Shown here: positions 60,585 to 64,000 of the stretch, piece by piece | Layout: every line of letters begins with the position of its first letter | Position numbering within the stretch: position 1 is the stretch's first letter | Assembly (NCBI GenBank): GCA_951406725.2 | Contig: OX597819.1 | Span: 55,490,001 to 55,554,000 of the forward strand | DNA length: 64,000 bases | Direction of reading: 5' to 3' | Origin: Octopus vulgaris | Lineage: Eukaryota | Position numbers and translations under genes: made by a program | Notes under the pieces: generated by a model | What the model was told of the DNA's origin: nothing | Seen by the model: only the letters and a program-made list of their open reading frames with translations | Databases searched by the model: none

Positions 60585-60762
60585 CTGGGTCAGTAGATAA
60601 ATTCATTTTTTTTTATTTTAATCTTTATTATTTTGAATTATTTTAACAATATATTCTCCATTGTTCACAACTTCTTGCCAACTATCCACTTTGACAATAG
60701 AAATATCACCAGTTGTTGATTAAAATAACATTGGAAAAAAACAAATTTATCAGACAATCCAA
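60585..60762. mobile_element. Degenerate mariner-derived MITE
   Basis: Imperfect TIRs TGGGTCAGTAGATAAATT and AATTTATCAGACAATCCA. On -, the internal VDSWQEVVNNGEYI resembles a mariner C-terminus. Confidence 0.6.
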
Positions 60763-62249
60763 TGTAAAGAGATACATATATAAAACTAAAATGTGTGTGT
60801 GTATGTGCATTGGCATGCGTGTTTCCCTTTATATCATTTAATTAATTCTGAAAACAATTCAGATGTGTTAAAAATAGCAACATCAATAGCCTCATTAGTA
60901 ATAAAGTTTTTGTTAGAATGGCTGCCACCAAATGTCACACATCACGTATAAACATTAGAATCTATAAGTTTGCAGTCAACAAAGGATCTTCATAGGATTG
61001 CTTGACCTAGAAATAAATCAAATATCTCTTAAAATCATTCCCTACATTGACAACTATACTGGATAATACAGTATTAGATACATAACATTGCTTTGGACCA
61101 CAGGTCAGTCAGGACTGATCTGGGGCTCAACAGCAAAAACACAAGCATGTACAAAGAGATAAACTGGTTAAAAGACATTGGTTATGACAAAGTCTTGGTG
61201 TCAGTTTCATCATCATCATTTAACGTCCGCTTTCCATGCTAGCATGGGTTGGACGATTTGACTGAGGTCTGTTGAACCAGACTCCAATCTGATCTGGCAG
61301 AGTTTCTACAGCTGGATGCCCTGGGTGCTTTTACGTGCCACCGGCACGAGGGCCAGTTTGGTGGTACTGGCAACAGCCACGTCCAAATGGTGCTTTTTAC
61401 ATGCCACCTGCACAGGTGCCAGTCCAGCAGCACTGGCGACATTCTTGCTCGAATGTTTATATACATAATTTATTGCTACGTTATTACAAAGCTTCATGGC
61501 ATACAGATAGAGACAATCTTATATGGACAGAGTTTTATAGTTGCCGGAGATCTTCAATAGATAATTTATAATTAGGCTGATTTTTCACATGGGTGCAATT
61601 ACATATGACTGTGTTGATTCTTCATCCATCTTTGGGCTGTGCATAGAACTGTGAAAACAGCTATTAGGAGAATTGTGCTGGTTTGAGTATGAAACTGTGA
61701 AAACAGCCATCAGAGAGAAAATTCACCCAGAACTAATGCAACAAAATCTGAATTCCCTCTGCTTTTTTTTGCACTAAAAGCCTCTGTATTTAAGGCCTTC
61801 ACTGAAGAGAAGTTCTAGAACTTATCACAAGAACAAAATGTTCTGATTGACTGAAATGGGGTCTGCATGCATGATAATTTACTTGTAATTGGGTATGGAG
61901 TTTGAAACAACTGCCATAGGCAAGTAAATCATATCTAGTTACTTTTCTGGTAGCACCTTTTACAGTCATTCAAGCAAATTTGCAAATCATACAACCAGGA
62001 CAGATTTTTTGAATAGCTATTCCACAAAAGTTGGAATTTCTCCACTTCAAAATTAAATCAAGCAAAAAACAAGAATATATTAACATCTACCTGATTTATA
62101 TTGACATAATCCCCATCAAATTTAATTTTATACACCATTCTTTTAATTAATTTCCCACACAAGACAAAACAAACAGAAATAACTGTACCGTTTTATTTAG
62201 GACTATTATACTTTTTAAGTTAAAAAAAAAAGAAAATTCTTTTCTACAT

Positions 62250-64000
62250 TTTAAAAGGCTGAACTTGTCGAATTATGGATAGAAACTTCTTTCAAAATTC
62301 TAATCTTGTTTTTCCCGCATTTACTCGTCAATGTTTGAATATTATTTTTTCCCATTGTGAATGGTACAATAAAGCGGGTGGAGGCAGGGATTAGATTCCC
62401 ATTATGCAAATTGCATGTGTTTCAGCGCGTGGAATACGATAAAATGGGGGAAAATAACGAAATATATCTAATTTTTGAGTTGACTGTCGTTCCAAATCTA
62501 CGATTAAACAAAATTAAATTTTCCACAATCATTAATCTCCTTTGCCATAATTTTGAAATGTATGACAAATAAAAAAAAGTGCGGAAATCACGACCAAAAC
62601 GAAAAATTTTCAACTTATATGAGATAGCTTTTCCGAAAGTCCGCCGCGACCAATACTAGAATTCTATTCGTACCTCCAATTACTATTATTGCGGGAAGAA
62701 AAGGAAGGAAAATTAGCCATTTCGAGCAATTAATATAGTAATTAACAGAGTTACGTCCCCTGTCATTCAATAAAATGTTTTCTAACAAGTTTTCCGAGAT
62801 TTAAAGTTTATGCACATCTCGGGTTACTTTATAGAACCAGATTAGAGTACGAAGCGTGTAGTATGACTATAGCCGGGGAGTTAATCAATCACTAATGGCT
62901 GATAAAAACAATGGGGACGATACGGTGCGGAATTACATAAAAGAGAACCCCTAAAATGTAAATAACAAAAACAAAAATATAATTAAGTATAACTGAGTGG
63001 AAGCGCGTGGCTTAGTGGTTAGGGTGTCAGCACCATGATCGTAAGACGGTGGTTTCGATTCCTGGACCGGCGACGCGTTGTGTTCTTGAGCAAAACATTT
63101 CATTTCACGTTGCTCCAGTTCACTCAGCTGGCAAAAATGAGTAACGCTGCGATAGATTGGCGTCCCGTCCAGCTGGGGAACACACACGCCATAGAAACCA
63201 GGAAACCGGGCCCATGAGCCTGGCTAGGCTTTAAAAGGGTGTATTTATTATAACTGGGAGCATATGCTTTCAGTCTTATTTACTGATTTCCTCCCATTTT
63301 CTTAGTTAACACTTGTAAATCTGCAACAAATGTATTCAACAATTTATTACAGATTCGAGGGTAAACACGGAAAATAAGAAGCCCCTACCATTCTTGACCC
63401 ACGAAAGATTAAGTACTTGTTCAACCTACGGAAAACAGTTGTTTCACACAAGTTGAATTTTTTCCCCGATTTCGTTGGGATTTTTCAAATTTTCCTTAAA
63501 AAAAGTAAATCTATAATTTTTTTCACCGTTACCCCCTTCCTCGTATCTTCACGACAACCATCATCATTAAAAAATAATTCCGCCCTCGCCCCTCACGTTA
63601 TAGCAATTCATATTTCGGAATATAATGCACTCAGCATTTTTAGAGGGTAAAAAATATAATCAATATGGTCGCAGAAAGACAAATAAATATTTTAAACGTC
63701 GCTCTCTCCACGTTATAGTGGAATCAGAAAGAGCAACCACCACTAAAATGATGTTTTTCTCATTATTTAACCATTCTGGAATTCGCATTAAAAAAATTTA
63801 AATCCTCTTTCATCGTACCTTTTTTTCGTTATTTTTGGTCTATTTTATTTTTCAGGCTTATAGCCATTCTGTTAAAATTTTGCTCTATACAACATCAAAA
63901 TTAAATTAAGAGGAAAATAGGAATATATTAACACCAGATTGACGTTGACATTGTTTCCATCAAATTTAATTTGATATTATTTTCATCTCGAGCACAAGAC
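62250..64000. promoter_or_regulatory. CpG-retaining region, candidate promoter/5' end of the TRIM gene (possibly bidirectional)
   Basis: Abrupt rise in CG dinucleotides in unique sequence (e.g. AAGCGGGTGG, CAGCGCGTGG, GTCCGCCGCGACCAAT) versus the CpG-depleted gene bodies. Lies upstream of the - strand gene. No TSS can be seen directly. Confidence 0.45.
62998..63250 (+). mobile_element. SINE family D (tRNA head GCGCGTGGCTTAGTGGTTAGGG...TTCGATTCC, core GTGTTCTTGAGCAA.ACA.TT...GCTCCAGT.CACTCAGCTG)
   Basis: CpG-intact copy. Relatives with varying 3' parts at about 7790-8010, 16984-17245, 17268-17590, 18415-18610, 26183-26390, 34955-35265, 51275-51580, 53300-53480 and 59275-59435. Confidence 0.85.

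Noticed and set aside
62404-62411. Octamer motif ATGCAAAT as a regulatory site
   Set aside because: An AT-rich 8-mer is expected by chance here (it also occurs at 2781); not supportable alone.

Overview
AT-rich, intron- and repeat-dense animal genomic DNA. The SINE families, (TA)n/(CA)n tracts and gene sequences point to a coleoid cephalopod, most likely Octopus; this is inference from recognition, not a database result. Two convergent spliced genes can be reconstructed with GT-AG sites and consistent intron phases. (1) The last seven coding exons of a BRD7/BRD9 (Brd7-9) bromodomain-protein gene lie on + (65..9310). (2) A TRIM E3 ligase gene lies on - (six coding exons, 20491..40642, 582 aa: RING, B-box1, B-box2, coiled coil, SPRY-like, no FN3), with a probable extra upstream coding exon at 50229..50298 and a CpG-retaining candidate promoter at about 62250..64000. 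The rest is mostly transposon-derived: at least four tRNA-derived SINE families, three mariner and two Tc1 relics, piggyBac, hAT and Tc1/mariner MITEs, Helitron/Helentron-type elements, a foldback element, a probable solo LTR and a CR1-type 3' end. The two most unusual items are a tRNA-headed SINE-like element carrying a Penelope-type minimal hammerhead ribozyme motif (28152..28446) and a 5S-rRNA-headed SINE3-like element that shares the 3' tail of a tRNA SINE family (2180..2353). Nearly all ORF-track ORFs outside the exons and transposases are spurious. Repeat boundaries are approximate unless TIR/TSD positions are given.
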